Source of the DNA: Gnetum montanum
Lineage: Eukaryota; Plantae; Gnetophyta
Direction: 5' to 3'
Length of the DNA stretch: 64,000 nt
Assembly: GCA_015680685.1 (NCBI GenBank)
Contig: MNCI01000520.1
Span: 479,731-543,730 of the forward strand
This document shows, piece by piece, positions 1 through 14,200 of this stretch. Under the pieces are notes generated by a model that was not told the origin of the DNA, did no database searches, and worked only from the letters and a program-made list of their open reading frames with translations. Made by a program: the position numbers and the translations under genes. Each line of letters begins with the position of its first letter. Positions within the stretch are counted from its first letter, which is position 1.

Positions 1-3000
1 CATAGAACCCAATGGAAAAAATATTTGAAGTCTTTATGGAATGTTGGAAAAAAGCCTTCTAGTGATATTGGTTGGATGACTGGTGGCAACAAACCACTTG
101 TAGAATCAAAAATTATGCTAGATGGTTTGGAAAGCAATTTGTTAAGCATAAGTATCAAGTTGAAGAAGATCTTGTAGGATCTATAAAGTAAATGCAAATT
201 CTTTTTGACTAAAATCCCTTTAACTTTGAAACTCAAAAAGCCTTGGCTAAAGCTTGTTATGCTAATCAATGTTGAGATATCTTTGAAGCTAAAAGTTCTC
301 TCACTAAAAGTCACATCAATTAGCTAAAAATTGAAAATGAACCTTAAAAGGAATTTTTCAAATTTTTGAAAGGAAAGGGTCAAGTACCTAAATTGGAATT
401 ACTTTATGTAAATGATTCCATCATTAAAGATCTTGAGATTATTAATAGTCTTTTGGCAATTCATTTTTCTTCTATTTTTTCTTTTGAAGGTTTTAGCAAG
501 GAATCCTTTTAGGTCTCTAGTATGCATATTTCTCATTTATTACAAAAGCATATTGAAGTATTCTTAAAAAAGAAATTACAGTAGAAGAAATTAATGTAAT
601 GACCTTTAGTTTAGCAAATGATAAAGCTCTAGATCTTGATGGTTTTCCTATTGAATTGTTTACACATTAAGACATCATTGGAGATGATTTCTTTCATGTT
701 TTCGAAGAAGCCATTAAAAAGTTTCTCTTGGTTAAAATATTAATAAATGTGTGATTTGTCTTCTTCCTAAGAATGTATATCTTTAATATATTGGTAATTG
801 GAGGCTAATTACTCTTCTTTACAATACTTATAAAAGTTTAGCTAAATACATGGCTTGTTGTATTCATTAGGTTATTGAAGATAGCATCATACTTGAGTAG
901 ATTGGTTTTGTTAAAGGTAGACATATCTTAATAATGTTATTGTAGCTTGGAACAAAATGTAATGAACTTTTGATACTAACTAAGACATTAATTTTATTAA
1001 GTTAGATTATGCCAAAGCTTATGACAAGATTGAATGGAATTTCATTATCTCTTATCTCTATAAACTAAGATTTCATGATTATTTTATTTGACTTGTCCAT
1101 ACCCTACTCATTAATGCTAATGCTCAAGTCGCTACTAATCTTGGATTAAGTTCTTCCTTTTCTCTTCAATGGTTAGTTTGTCAAGGTTGTACTCTAGCTC
1201 CCTATCTTTTAATTAGTGCTACAAATTTACTTTCACATAATCTACATTATGATCTACAAAGGAATTTCATTAATGGAATTTCGATTGATGATCAAGGTAT
1301 GTAATTGGTTAACATGCACTTTACAAATGATTCTTTTTTTTATGATTAATAATTCTCCACAACATATTTTTACTTCCTTAGCTAGAGTGGAGGATTATTG
1401 CATGTTATCTGGCTCTCGAATTAATTAACAAAACTTTATTATTTATTATAATGGAAATATTGATGAGTAGATTACTCTCAAGCCTTGGAAAATCTTAAAA
1501 AAAGATTTTGTTTTCAAAATTTTAGGAATACCTTTTTCTTTTAATCCTAATCTTACTATTTTATGAAATTATGTGATTGATAAAATGGAATAGAAGCTTG
1601 ATAAATGAGAAGAAAAAAAGCTCATCCTTGCTTTCAAAGTTTTAATTTTTAAGAAAATGGTTACTCTAGTTGTTGGACTCCTTCAAAAACTTCTTATGAG
1701 AGAATTGTTTGTATTATTTCTAAATTTATTTAATCTAATAAGCAACATAGAAATTTTTTTTCTAGAGTTGCTTGGGATATTTACATCAATAGTAAGAAAG
1801 ATGGAGGACTTGGTCTCATTAATTGCTATAACTAGAGTATTCTCTTGCGGCAAAATGGATTGCAAAGTGCATTAATGAAGATGAGGTTTGGATGCTCCTT
1901 TTAAGAAATAGACTTATGCAAGGAAAACATAAGAATGATAACATTTAGTCTTCTAATAACTTTCTTTATTGTCTTCTTTTTCCTCAAGCCATTTCTATTC
2001 ATGGTTCTCAAATTCTTAAATAAGTTTGGAAGACATAGTGTAAGCTTGGTAAATAGTAGAATTACAATCATATTACAATTTCAGAAGATATGCTTAGGCA
2101 AATTAGCCCATGGTGGCTCCTTTTAATGAAGGAACTTAGGCTACAAATGCATCTAGATTATGTACCACTTGGAGTAGATTTGACATCACTATAGTTTTTT
2201 GTCTACATATATAGAATAGATGTATTACTTGGAATGAAGGATCTAACCTCTATGGTTTGAATAGAAAGTGGAAAATGAATTTTGAAAAGTTAATTTCTAA
2301 TCTTGAGGTTTTATTTAAAGTTGACAACAACTTGCATTAGGCTTTTCTAGATATTTTTTTGGAAGGATGGTAGACACTTTTTTCCTTTTAATTTGAAAGT
2401 TACTTATGAGATTGTTACAAATAACGATTTTATTCATAAAAAATTTAATAACACCTAGAAAATGTAATTACCATTGTGCTTTTGGATGGGGAAAATGAAA
2501 GATATTTGGAGAGCTCTTACATTTCCTAAAATTTGTATTTTTTATGGTGTCTTATTCATTAAGGTATTCCTATTGGCACTCATCTTAAACATATGAAAAA
2601 TGTTTCTCTTTAATGTCCTCTTTGTACAAATAAAGACTCATTTTTTCATGTTTTTTTAGTGTTCTATTGCTTAATATGCTTGGAAATTGACATTTAAAAT
2701 TTATAACAACTTTCAACCAAGTAGCAATGAAGTCATTTTTTGTGATCAACCTGCTTTGTCTACTTCATTTCTTTACATTTGGAATTATCTTCGACCACTT
2801 GTTCTCTACTATATTTGAAAGTTTTAGTGTGTAATTATTTTCCAGCAACAAGAGTATAATTATGACATCTCTTCGGGTGTCAAATACAAAATTTTCAAAG
2901 ATGTCACTTTTTAGGTACAACTTCAAGCAAAAAATTTCCTAGTGAAAGCTGAACAATTAATTTATTTTCTATAGGACTAATTTTTTTTATTTTGGAGACT

Positions 3001-3250
3001 CAAGGATGGAATGTTTTCAACTTTTGTTGCTATTGTTCTTTATCTCTAATTGATGTATTCTTTTTTCTGTAAAGAGAGTTTTCTCCTTTTGTTTACAAGA
3101 ATCTCTTCAGTAAGAAGTAAAAACTTGTGAGGGTGCTTCTAAATAAGGGCAAGGCCTGATCCTTTTCCTACCCAAGAGGGGAGGTTTTTTTAAGATTGGT
3201 TATAAGGATGAAAACTTGACAAGGCATCCCCAAAGCTGTTGGGCTTTTTC
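1..3250 (+). mobile_element. Highly degenerate L1-clade LINE, ORF2 RT and 3' region (begins before the window)
   Basis: Decayed RT motifs: KALDLDGFPIE (about 623, from KAPGPDGF), KLDYAKAYDKIEW (about 999), QGCTLAPY (about 1182), FTNDS (about 1320, from FADD), zf-RVT-like CPLC (about 2614). Many stops and frameshifts; 3' end approximate. Confidence 0.85.
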
Positions 3251-3290
3251 TTTAAACTGTTTTCAATGATCTAGTCAAAAGGTTGTGTGG

Positions 3291-3450
3291 TCATTCAAAG
3301 AATGAGCTTATTATAATGACTACCTAAGAGCAATTTGAAAGTTACACAAATGTAGTGCACTCATTCAAAGAATGAACTTATTATAATGACTACCTAAGAG
3401 TAATTTGAAAGTTACAAAAATGTAGTGTGCTCATTCAAAGAATGAGCTTA
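3291..3450. repeat. 70-bp tandem repeat, about 2.3 copies
   Basis: Unit tcattcaaagaatgagcttattataatgactacctaagag... starts at 3291, 3361 and 3431 (partial). Confidence 0.9.
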
Positions 3451-3848
3451 AACTTCATCTTTTCACGTTAGTTAGAGATAGAGATTTAAAGAGGCCATGA
3501 TAATGACTCTACTCGGGTGGGCTGAGCTTGGGCCCGGACTTCCCTGATCTTGATCCCTGACTATATATCAATTCAATTCAATTCAATTCAATTTCTTTTG
3601 AATTTTATTATTATTTTATCATTCTAGTTTGCTGGCATGCATGGTGGATTCTCTGCATGCAATTAATCCAACTTCTATAAGTCTCTTCCCATTACTTTAC
3701 TAGTTATTAAGATGGGCAGTAAATGTGACTGAGGCCAAATGCACATGAATTGAAATACTTAATAATTGTTAATATTTTTGGAGTATTGGAACCTTGAAAT
3801 AATTGCAAGATAGGTACACTCCAAAATATATAATCCAATTAGAACATT

Positions 3849-3932
3849 ATAACTCAACATTGCCCACTAGAATTAAACCCATGATTTAGAGTTTTCAAAT
3901 CAAAAGTCTTACCACTAGGCTAACACCTCATT
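3849..3932 (-). mobile_element. Short tRNA-derived SINE-like element, family A
   Basis: Minus strand has an A-box-like tagcctagtgg and a B-box-like ggtttaattc; a homologous copy lies at 6965-7060 on the + strand. Confidence 0.6.
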
Positions 3933-5093
3933 GTTAAGGTTGACTTCATTTGTAAACAATTATTTAATAAAGAGAGAACACAATTGTTACATATGTTTTT
4001 TCTAAGCTTAAATGCAATGATGGTAATGGAAATTAATTACCATATTTTGTTGGCCAATTTTTTTGCTACTTATAATTACATGCATATGTTTGTTTAAATA
4101 GTTTAAATTATCTTAAATTAACAAATCACTATTGTAAGCAATTATTAACATCTGCCATGTCCATGTAATTACCAAAATTGTTATTCACGGTCGACAAAAA
4201 CAATACCAGTTGTTATGAAAAAATTGCTCGCATGCTTAAGGCTTAATTTAGAAAATGTATTAGTCTCTTTAAAGAGAGGTGATATGGTTTACTGGTCTAA
4301 TGACCATGTTTACAATTTGTTTGTTGGTGTTATGTGTAATCATATTGTCGAACCCATTTTTGTTTTCCGTATTTTCATGTTTTCCAACAAAAAAACAAAC
4401 ACAACATGAATGCATTTCCCATTAAAGGGTTACTTGATGTTAGCTATGATTTTGTGCTAGGTTTGAACCCATTTCATATAATGTGATAAAACGGCTTCCC
4501 TCTGAAAATAAAATGATATAAAGATCAAAGATTAGAACATATATGAGTATGGCAGTAAGTCTTTTGCTTTGGAAAGGTTGATCTTTTGCTTTGGAAAGGT
4601 TGGATTTTGGTGTGAGTTATAAAGTTCTATATGGACAATCTATCTTAAAGCATAACTATCTTTCAATTATTTCGAGTTCCGAGCACTCCCAAAAATTAAA
4701 ATATATTACATAGACAACTCCCGGCTCGACGAGTAACCGCGATAAACACCTTTGTCATCTCGCATCTGAACCAGACCCTGGTCACTTGTTTCGGATGTGC
4801 TTTACAATATGACTTGGGTTAAAAACACATGGAAACGTAACAAAATTCAATTTCCGCATAAACTTTCATTCCCTGTATTCATTTTTTCTCAGTCCAAGAC
4901 GGTAACTAGACTGAGACAAATGCCACCGTTTCGAACGATTAAATTGCAAAGAGCTGACGCATTACTAGGAGTTAAAAAACCAGAACAAAATTAAAACACA
5001 AATCGTGCAGGTTTACTTGTGACAGTAGCAATCAGGAGAAGAACAAGCCTCTGCAATATTGCAAGAGCGCACAGAGACGGAGACGACAGAACA

Positions 5094-5248
5094 ATGGCCA
5101 TGGTGGAGCTTAGCAGACGAACGTTGCAGTTTTGCAGCGAAGTGCGTCGGCATTTGAGCAAATACATGGTTGCCTTTTTTACCAGGGCGCCACGCTACAA
5201 CGGAGGTCTCCCATTGGCTCTTGCACGCAGCCTTGCCTCGCCAAATGG
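5094..5248 (+). CDS. DGS1: DGS1 exon 1 (probable mitochondrial targeting region)
   Basis: MAMVELSRRTLQFCSEVRRH...SPNG; donor GTACAG at 5249; phase 2 matches exon 2. Confidence 0.75.
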
Positions 5249-8200
5249 GTACAGTTCATCCCCGATCATTTTTCCTATTCAATTTGAGATTCGAGCAATT
5301 TGTTTTGTTTGTTTATCTGCGGGATTTTTGACGGTCAATGATTCAGTTTGTGTCTAGAAATTATGGATAAAATGAGACGTAAGTTCTCCTGCAAGTCTGA
5401 AATTAGTACGTGTTGTTAGGCACAGTAAATGTGCGTTGAATTGAAATGCATTTTGTTTATAGTTTCACTCGATCTGTTATCCTCACCCTTGCTAAGCATT
5501 AATACTCAGCTTTGTTATATTATTTTCTCCATTTTCTCAAAGTGTGTCTGTCAAAGATATGCTACGCTGATTCCCCTCAACATAATCAACAAGTGAGAAA
5601 TGATCAAATATGTTAACATATCGAGTTGCTAAACATATCAGCTAGGCCTTTTTTTCTTGCAGTTGGTCAGTGCGGTGTGAAACTTTAATTATTTCTCATT
5701 ATAACTGGTGTCATGGGCGCATGTCTTGTTTTTGGAACTTTCTACTCTCCGAAAAACCAAATTGTCTTATTTTTTGTTACGACCAAGAATGTTCTACTTT
5801 TAAAATAGGGATGGTTCCTCATACATATTAGTAGCTTCGGCAAAATTTTAGTTACAGCTTCCCACAAAAGGCCAATCCCCGGTTTTCATATATGCTTGTG
5901 AGCATTGCTGTGTCAAATTAGCATACTCCTCAGAATCCAACCTGTGACTTGCAAACCAAAAGTCATATACTCTAACCAAGTTAGCAGTTCCTCCCTAAAA
6001 AAATCCTTAAAGTATGATTTGATGGTTTGCATGATATTGTAACTGCATTTTTGATCATATCTCTATCTAAATTTCTTCTTTGACCATGTTATTTTCAGTG
6101 CTTTGTTTAAAAAATGTTATTCCAGATCATATCTCTATCTAAATTTCTTCTTTGACCATGTTATTTTCAGTGCTTTGTTTAAAAAATGTTATTCCAGGAA
6201 TTAACGGTTAGGACCCATCAACAACAACAAATCATGCAATTAGACAATGGATTAAAACAATAAAAACAAACCAACCATACATCAAAAGTGTAACACAACC
6301 CACTGAGACTTGCCCCCGACAACCCAACAGGACTCCACATGCAAGGTATAAATCGTAAGCATATGACCATACCTCATGTCTTTAGATGGGATGTAACAAA
6401 AAGCCATTACATTTCATCTCAATTTATACATATGCTTACAAGCTAACCCAAGGTTGATTAAGTCTGGACATATTGTCCAACTACCAAGAAATTGCTAAAA
6501 AAGTCTAATGGCTAATAATGATGTTACTGTTATCCATTCCAATAATCACTCCCTCAATGCCAACATGTAGGATAAACCTAGGAATACCCCCTGTAACCCA
6601 AATTCCATCTCAACATGTGCACTATTCAATTTCATGCCAAATGAGAAAAGTACAAAAAATATATAGATTTACACACATGATATATGGTACAAACAATATG
6701 CAACACATTCTGTAATGTAAAAAAACCACGAAAATACAGAATTTTTCTTTCTACAACCAAAAGCATTGCTGCACTCTAGCTGCATATCCACAATAAGAAT
6801 GCTGCATCCAAAACCCCATCATTTGTGAGGGCTTCTGGCTTTGGGTCTTGTTATGCTAAAACCCATGGAACTGTGTTGCCCTCAATGTTGAACTGTTTTG
6901 CATATTGAAACCCTTGCTCACCAGATTTTAAGACTGTTCATGTCGTTAATATGCTTTGATCACTAATGAAGTATTAACTTAGTGGTAAGAGTCTTGACAT
7001 GGAAAACTGGAGTCATATGTTTGATTCTAGTGGGCAACATTGAGTTATGAACAAAAAAATTCTGTAAAATGAATTTTGAAACCAGTGTGATCTGATAGAT
7101 CTAAGAGGGTCTTGGTGGATAAAAGTAAAAATCAGTTTTAGTTTCAATATTGCCACTATGCCTGATCTGCCTGGCACATTCATATTTCATCTCACTGCTA
7201 TGCATGAGCTTCTTATAGAGTACGAATGAAGCTATCCTTTCTACACATGCATCCTACACTAGTTTGAATTTGATGACTTAAGAGCCACTTCTACAACTAG
7301 TGGTTTTTTTTTTTTTTTTAAATTTTGGTTTTTCTTTTGCAGCATCATCGACACCCTCATTGTTGATGTTGAACCACACTAGCTTTGATATTGCTATCAT
7401 GGCCCATCAACTACACCAAATTCTGCAATTAAACAATGGATTAATGCAACCAAAATAAAACTAACCATACATCAAAAACCATAATGAAAAGTGAGGAACT
7501 GAAAGTATGTCTCAAACCCCTACTAAATTGGGGCAAATGCTTAAATAATTGATTTCCTTACCCTTTATCTTAATTTATATATGCAGTTTCTTACAACCTA
7601 ACTCAAGGTTGATTAAATCTTAACATTTTCTCCAGTTGCCTAAAGGCTTCTAGAGTCTAATGGCTAATAATGTTAGCATTACTGTATCCTCCAACAGTAT
7701 CGCTTTTTATAAAATGTTGATCTATGAGCGAAATTTCATTATAATAGCCATGTCAATGCAAGGATAGCAAAGGGTTGCAATGACTGGTATGTATTTATCA
7801 GACAGGGAGCTTTTGCAAAATCATTTCTTATCATATGAACAGTATCATAAGATTCATACATTTAGAACTACAGAAGCATGGAATTAATTTTGATCCACTT
7901 AATTTTTCTATGAGTTATTTTGGCAAAGGTTTTTGTGAATGCTCTGTTTGTGCTTTTATGGTTTTATTTTTTCCTGTACTTGTAATTTAACCTGACATGG
8001 CCATTCTGCAGGGCCTCAACACAAACAGTTGATACCATTATCAGGTTATTAGAGGAGATGTTAGAACTAATCATATCAAAATTACACGATGTGCAGAAGA
8101 ATTTGTTGTTCTGGCAATCACTTTCAGAGGTTTTTGATCTTATATGAACTATTCTGAACGTGTATAATGAAATAAGCTGAAATGTCTATCAATAGTAAGT

Positions 8201-11200
8201 AATCTTATTTCTAAATCAACAGGGGACAAATTCAAAGAAACTACAGTTTATGATCCTTAAGAGAGGACCAATAGAGTTTTTTAAAGCTACAATTGAGCTG
8301 GTGCATGGAGTTGTTACTCAAGGGTTTCATGCCCAGCATATTGGTGCTGCCGCTGCTGCCCAAATTTCTGAAAATGTTGCCTCATTGAAAGAGTTACAGA
8401 GGCATCTTTCAGCGCTTCTTGCCAAGGTTTAGCACTGGATTCGCCAAGTATTTATGAACTAATCAACCAAGTTCTTCCCACATACATGTTTTGGTGTCTT
8501 ATGGATGTTTGACTATTTCAATTATTTCATCATTGCTTATGACAAAATAAAAAGCTTTATATTTCAATATTTATATGTGTTGTCATTTTGGATGCATTTT
8601 CTCATTCATCTATATAATTATAAGCGGAACTTCCGTTAACATTTTTTTCAAGAAATTGCCATGTACGCATGGGCTTTAATCTATAATAATATCTTTATAT
8701 GCCAAGTCACAAGAAGTATTTTAAGTGATATTGCCTTGTTATTGTAGATCTACAAACAAGTTAACACATGCGAAGATCAGGTTTTCAAACAGCAGAACCA
8801 GGAAGCCATGTTTTTAATGTTGGTTTCTATTCAATGCGCTGTACTTGAAGATATTAATAAAATTATGGCAGTAAGTTGCTTTATTGCATGTATTCTGTAT
8901 GTTTTCTGAGGTAGGTTGTAAAGCAGCTATTTTCTAGAGAGTAGACACTGAATCCATTGTTTTATAACAAATCATTAAAAAAAAAAAACTAAAACAGCAT
9001 ATATAAAAAGGAAAATAAATGTGCAACCAAATTGAGACTCTTACATTTTAGAACGTTGAAATAATTGCATTTTATTCTGAAATTTACTTGTTATTATAAT
9101 TGTTTGTCTATGCAGAATGCCGTTTCTGCTCATCATGCAAGTCAATCCTCATTTATATGTCAATTTGAAAAAATACCGGATGAACTTAAGCAGAAATCAA
9201 TATGGACAGATTCTGAGATTAAATCAGCAGCTAACTTAATGTCCTCTAACATGAGGGGCTTTGACAGATGGCTTTCTATGGCGGTATGGATCTTTCTGTC
9301 TTTTCTTATGGATTAGGGTGATGTTATTATTTGAACTTTGATCATAATATCATTTTCATCCTATGCTATTGTTTCAAATGACATTTTTAATTTAAAAAAT
9401 ATGTTTATGATGTTGTGACGCACATACATTCACATCAGAAAATAAAGGGAAGCTTTACTTCGGTACATATGATATCAACTTTTACTGGCATTACTAGATA
9501 ATACCTACGAATTTTCATGGGAAGATGCCAACGAATAAAGATATGATTACCATCCTCATATGCATTTTTACAATAACATCTATGAATCATTAGCCATCCT
9601 GTGAGAATGACCAATCTCAATCTTGAGCTTTCACACAAATCATTCTTTTGTAACCTTTACTTTTATGGTGACAATTTCTGTTCAGAGAAAATAAGATGGT
9701 TATGATTAAACAAAGAAAAAAGACCAACTATTACTAAAAGAGGTAACACATCAACCAATCATTTTGACTATTCATCTCATAAAAACACAAGAAGTCTGAA
9801 TGATAAATGGCAATAAGACATGGAAGCATTTCTAAGTGATATCATTTACTGTCTTAGATGAAGACTTGTCCTAAAAATATAAAAGACAGGAACACAAATG
9901 CCAATTTCTAGTGTGGTATGTTCATCCAATTTCCTGCTGTGTTGCTATATATATATTTTAAATACGTAAAAAGAGAATCATCATCATTATCATAGCCTTA
10001 TCCCTACTACATGGGGTTGGGCTATATGAGTTTCTTTAAACCATTTGGTTCTAGTAAGATTTGAAGTACAATGAGATTAGTTTTGAGATCTTAATGATCA
10101 ATCAAGATGATAGGATCAAATTTCTAATAACATAATCTTCACTAGATACCAATATAATCCTATCTTTGGAGACAAAAATTATAAACATTGAAGGCTCAAA
10201 GACAAAGGCAGTTAAGTCCCATTTTAAATATAATATTATTTAGATTGATTTCTGAAATTGAATTTTAACGTATATCGATTGAGACCCTCATGGATCTATT
10301 AGACAGAGGAGTTTTAAAATTCCTTTTAGAGAATTTTTTTAAATGCATAACTCAGCATTGATAATTGGAATCAAACTTATGACTTGATTAAAAAGTTCCT
10401 CGATCTCTTTCTTTCCAGATTTGAAAGATTCCATGTGCTAGCAAAGTACTACAAATTTTATTTATTTGTTGCGTTGTACTGATCTAAGTCCAAGCTACTA
10501 TAGATCCTATAAAGGTTTTGACATAATAAATTGCTAATTCTAGCTTTCCAAACTGTGTTCCAAATATGAGCAATTGTAGAGCAGTGCAAAAAGATACAAT
10601 TGCCATCTTTGCAAGCATTTTTACATAAACAACATCTATTAACGATCATCCATCCTTGTTTTTACAAATGATCAATTGCTAAATTTTTCATTTTCATGGC
10701 AATTTGAAAAAGACAAACTTTAGGAATTAGATACTTTCTTCCAACAAACATTACAATTCGAGGTTGATAGGAAATGGTAAACCAAGTTACTTCATATGAA
10801 CCATGCAAAAGTAAAACATGAAGTTAAACTATAAAAAAAGGTAACTATAGATATATTAGTTGAGAGTTGTAGTGATAATGATTGTATAATGAAATGGTAC
10901 AAACACGAATATGTAGATGTTGAATTGACAAACATTATCGAGTGTAAAATAGGGTTAAAATTATTAAGAGGAATAAACATCCATAGATATGGAGCTCCAC
11001 AGTTTAGAATGTAAATACCACTAGAGTTTTTATATAATTGATAAACATCATAGAAGACTATAAACACAAAACCATAATTATACGCTGAATAATTGGTGAA
11101 TAAAATACCAAACCATCTAAATAATCTCATGATATTCAATGGAAGTAAAATACAGACAATAGAAGATTCGCCAGTTATTCAGCATATAATTATGGCTTTG

Positions 11201-14200
11201 TATTTATAGTGTTTAACAATGTCATGATATCTAGAGGTGATAGTGTTGGGGTTTTGGGTGGTTTTGATTGGGGCTCTGTGATGGCTGTAGCCACATCATC
11301 CAGCCTTAGGATGGAGCCGTTGATCTCTTCTCCTCCAAGAGCAGGGCTTTCATTTATAGAGGCTCTCAAGGGGGTCTATAGAATGGACGTGAAAAGGGTG
11401 GGTTTGCGAGAGGGTATTGAGTTAATTTTTTTGGCTAAGCAGATGGAATAGGGTTTTGAGATTTCTATCTTGGAAAAGACCCTTAGAAACTAGCAACCAT
11501 GGTTTTGGCATGTGATGGTTGGTACTTTCTCTGGTCGTGCTCTCTTGTTCTAGGACATGCTGGCATGGGTTATACATGCGAGGCCTTCAATGGTGGTGGA
11601 ACTCATCCCATTGCAAGGTAACATATTTTTCTTTGAATTTGGATATGAATTTGACATGCATGTTGTGAGGTAGAGATTGCTTGGAGGGTCAGAAATGTTG
11701 TGATGCAAGTTGAGAAATGGGAGCTTGGTTTTTTGCCTGCTCAAAGGGAAAAACCAGACATGGTGAGAGTCATCAAATGGTTTGCTGTTTGTATTTGTCT
11801 TCTTGGCCTCTTGGTGTAATTTTGGACTGAAGGCATTTTTTCTAGCTTTGCAAGGTGTTTTGGAGAATTGTTGTCCATAAATGATTTGATTACATGTTAA
11901 AAGGTTTTTCAAAACTTGCAGCATGGGTTTGTGTTTGCATGTAGGAGGATATTGATTTGGTCCAACAAGTTGAGTTGGAGAGGCCTCTTGGCATGTTCTT
12001 GCAACCAATAGTGTTCAAAAATTTTCCAAACATGTGTTGGATTTGCATGGAGAATGGCATATGTCAATCTCTTACCCTAGTCATCCACCTACCCTTGTGA
12101 CACAACATTGGGTAGTGCCACGAGGTATGTAGGAACATGGGGGTCAAGGACAACCAAAGTAGGATATCTCCCCACCTTCCCTTGAGAGGATGCCTCTTCA
12201 AAGGATAAGGGCTTGTAGTCTCTAGAAGTGGTCTTATTTGAATAGGAAATGAGTTTGGCCCTACCAACATCTATTCCCCCAAACCCATTTGGAAATGAAG
12301 TTATAGTCAAAGAGATATTGGGGATTGATAATGCCAAACTTCTGCCACAACATATTCTTTTCAATTATGTGGAACCATTGATTAGATTGGGGCCAATGTG
12401 ATCTACCTTTAGGAATCCTTTTCAAAAGCTTAGTGGGGATGATAGAAGACAAGGTAGGATGTTTGCTTCGACAAGAGCTCAACAACCGTGATAGTTGGAG
12501 ATTGGCTAGGGTGGCTTGGCACCAAAGACCTTGTATTTGGAGGAGTTCATGGTGGAGGATTAGCATGGAGATGTGCTAGATGGTCACACTATTGAGTCTC
12601 AATCACAAGGTGTTGGTTGGTTGTTTGGGAGCATTTCCCATTTCTAGCTTTTGAAGGAGGAAATAAAAAATGAAAAGTAAAGTATGATAGACAAGTTCTT
12701 TTGTCAATCTATGATGGATGCTCAAACAAAGGTGTCAATTGATATGCATGAGAACTAAGTGGGCCTACCCACTAAAGAACATTTAATGGAAATCATGAAA
12801 TTTCTTTCATGGAATGCATAGAGCAAGTTGTTCATGAAGACAGAATTGATGTGTTAATGTTATAGGAAATGGAATTGCTTAGTTCCCCTTTTTCTTTTCT
12901 CTTGGGTTGGGAGGGTTTTAGGAAACCTACTCAAGGACAAAGTAGTGGTTTGGTGATCTTGTGGAGATAGGGTTTGATGTTTTGTGTTTTGCATTACAAC
13001 TATTTTTTGATTGGTTTTTTAAGGGAAGTCTTTTAAGGGAAGACCTTAATGTTTTGAATGTGTATAGCCCTTTAGTTTGGTAGGAAAGAACTCTTTTCAT
13101 ATAAGAGATCTTTGATGTGATTGACTCGAGTAGCTAGGTGGTAGGTGGCAACTAGAACATGGTGCGTGATTAAAGGGATAGGCCAAGTGGCTTCTTTGCT
13201 TGTCTTGAAGGTCAATTTTTTGATGAATTATAGTCCCATTGTGGAGTGGCAGAGGTGGTGGTTCTTGGTATTCATTTTTCCTAGAAGCACCCTATTGAGC
13301 AAGTTTGGAAAGTCTCTCTTTTGGATTGTTTCTTCATTTCAAGAGACCTTTGGTAAAATTTTTCTCTAGTGTTCTCGGCATTGTGGTGGGCACACTTTGA
13401 CCACTATCTAGTGTGGTGTTCTTTTGGGGATAGAATGCCATTGTCAATGACAATTTGGTTTGTAGATTTGGAGTTGCAGGAGGATATTGTGAACATTTGG
13501 AGCCACACTTCTAGCTATAGGGGCTCAAGAGCTTTCATGGATAAACTCAAGGCTATTTGGAGGTCTTGCTCGTCTTGCCATAGGTAGCTATGGTAGGATG
13601 GTCTCATTTCCAAACCACCTCTAGAACTCCAAGGATGGGCTCTTGTAGAGGTGTGGGAGTCTTTCTTTTTCAATTTACATTTGGCGAAGCATGCTTCTTA
13701 TTAGAAGTTCTGGTAACAACAAATGTATTGGTAAGATTGCACAAAAGATTGTTGGTTAAAGGATGGTTATCAAAACATGAAATACTTTCATGCTTTGGAG
13801 GCTATGAGACATATGACAAAATGGTTGGTCTTCTTTACTATTATGTGCATTAGGATGTGTGTGGGTGTCATGGTTTATTTTTGTTTCTTTTTAGCAAGGA
13901 TCTAGAGATCTACATAAACCCTCTTTCTAAGTCTGTGCCTAGTAAGTTTTCAAGGGAGGATAACACATGCTTGCATGTTCCCCATATATTTGGAGGAGAT
14001 TCGATTGTTGGTTGTTGGGGCCTCAAAAAATAAATTACTAGATCCTAACGGTTGGAAATTCAAGTTTTTTTAAGACATATTTAGTTATTCTGGGTGTTGA
14101 TCTTGCCAATTTCCATTGAGGCTATTTCTTTCATGCTACTTATCAAAGATGCTAGAATGACATATTGTTTGTTCTCATTCCCAAGAAGGATGCAGTTCAA

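Noticed and set aside
3849-3932. Functional tRNA genes (also 5860-5995 and 6965-7060)
   Set aside because: The A/B boxes are degenerate and no clean cloverleaf forms; they are better explained as SINE heads.
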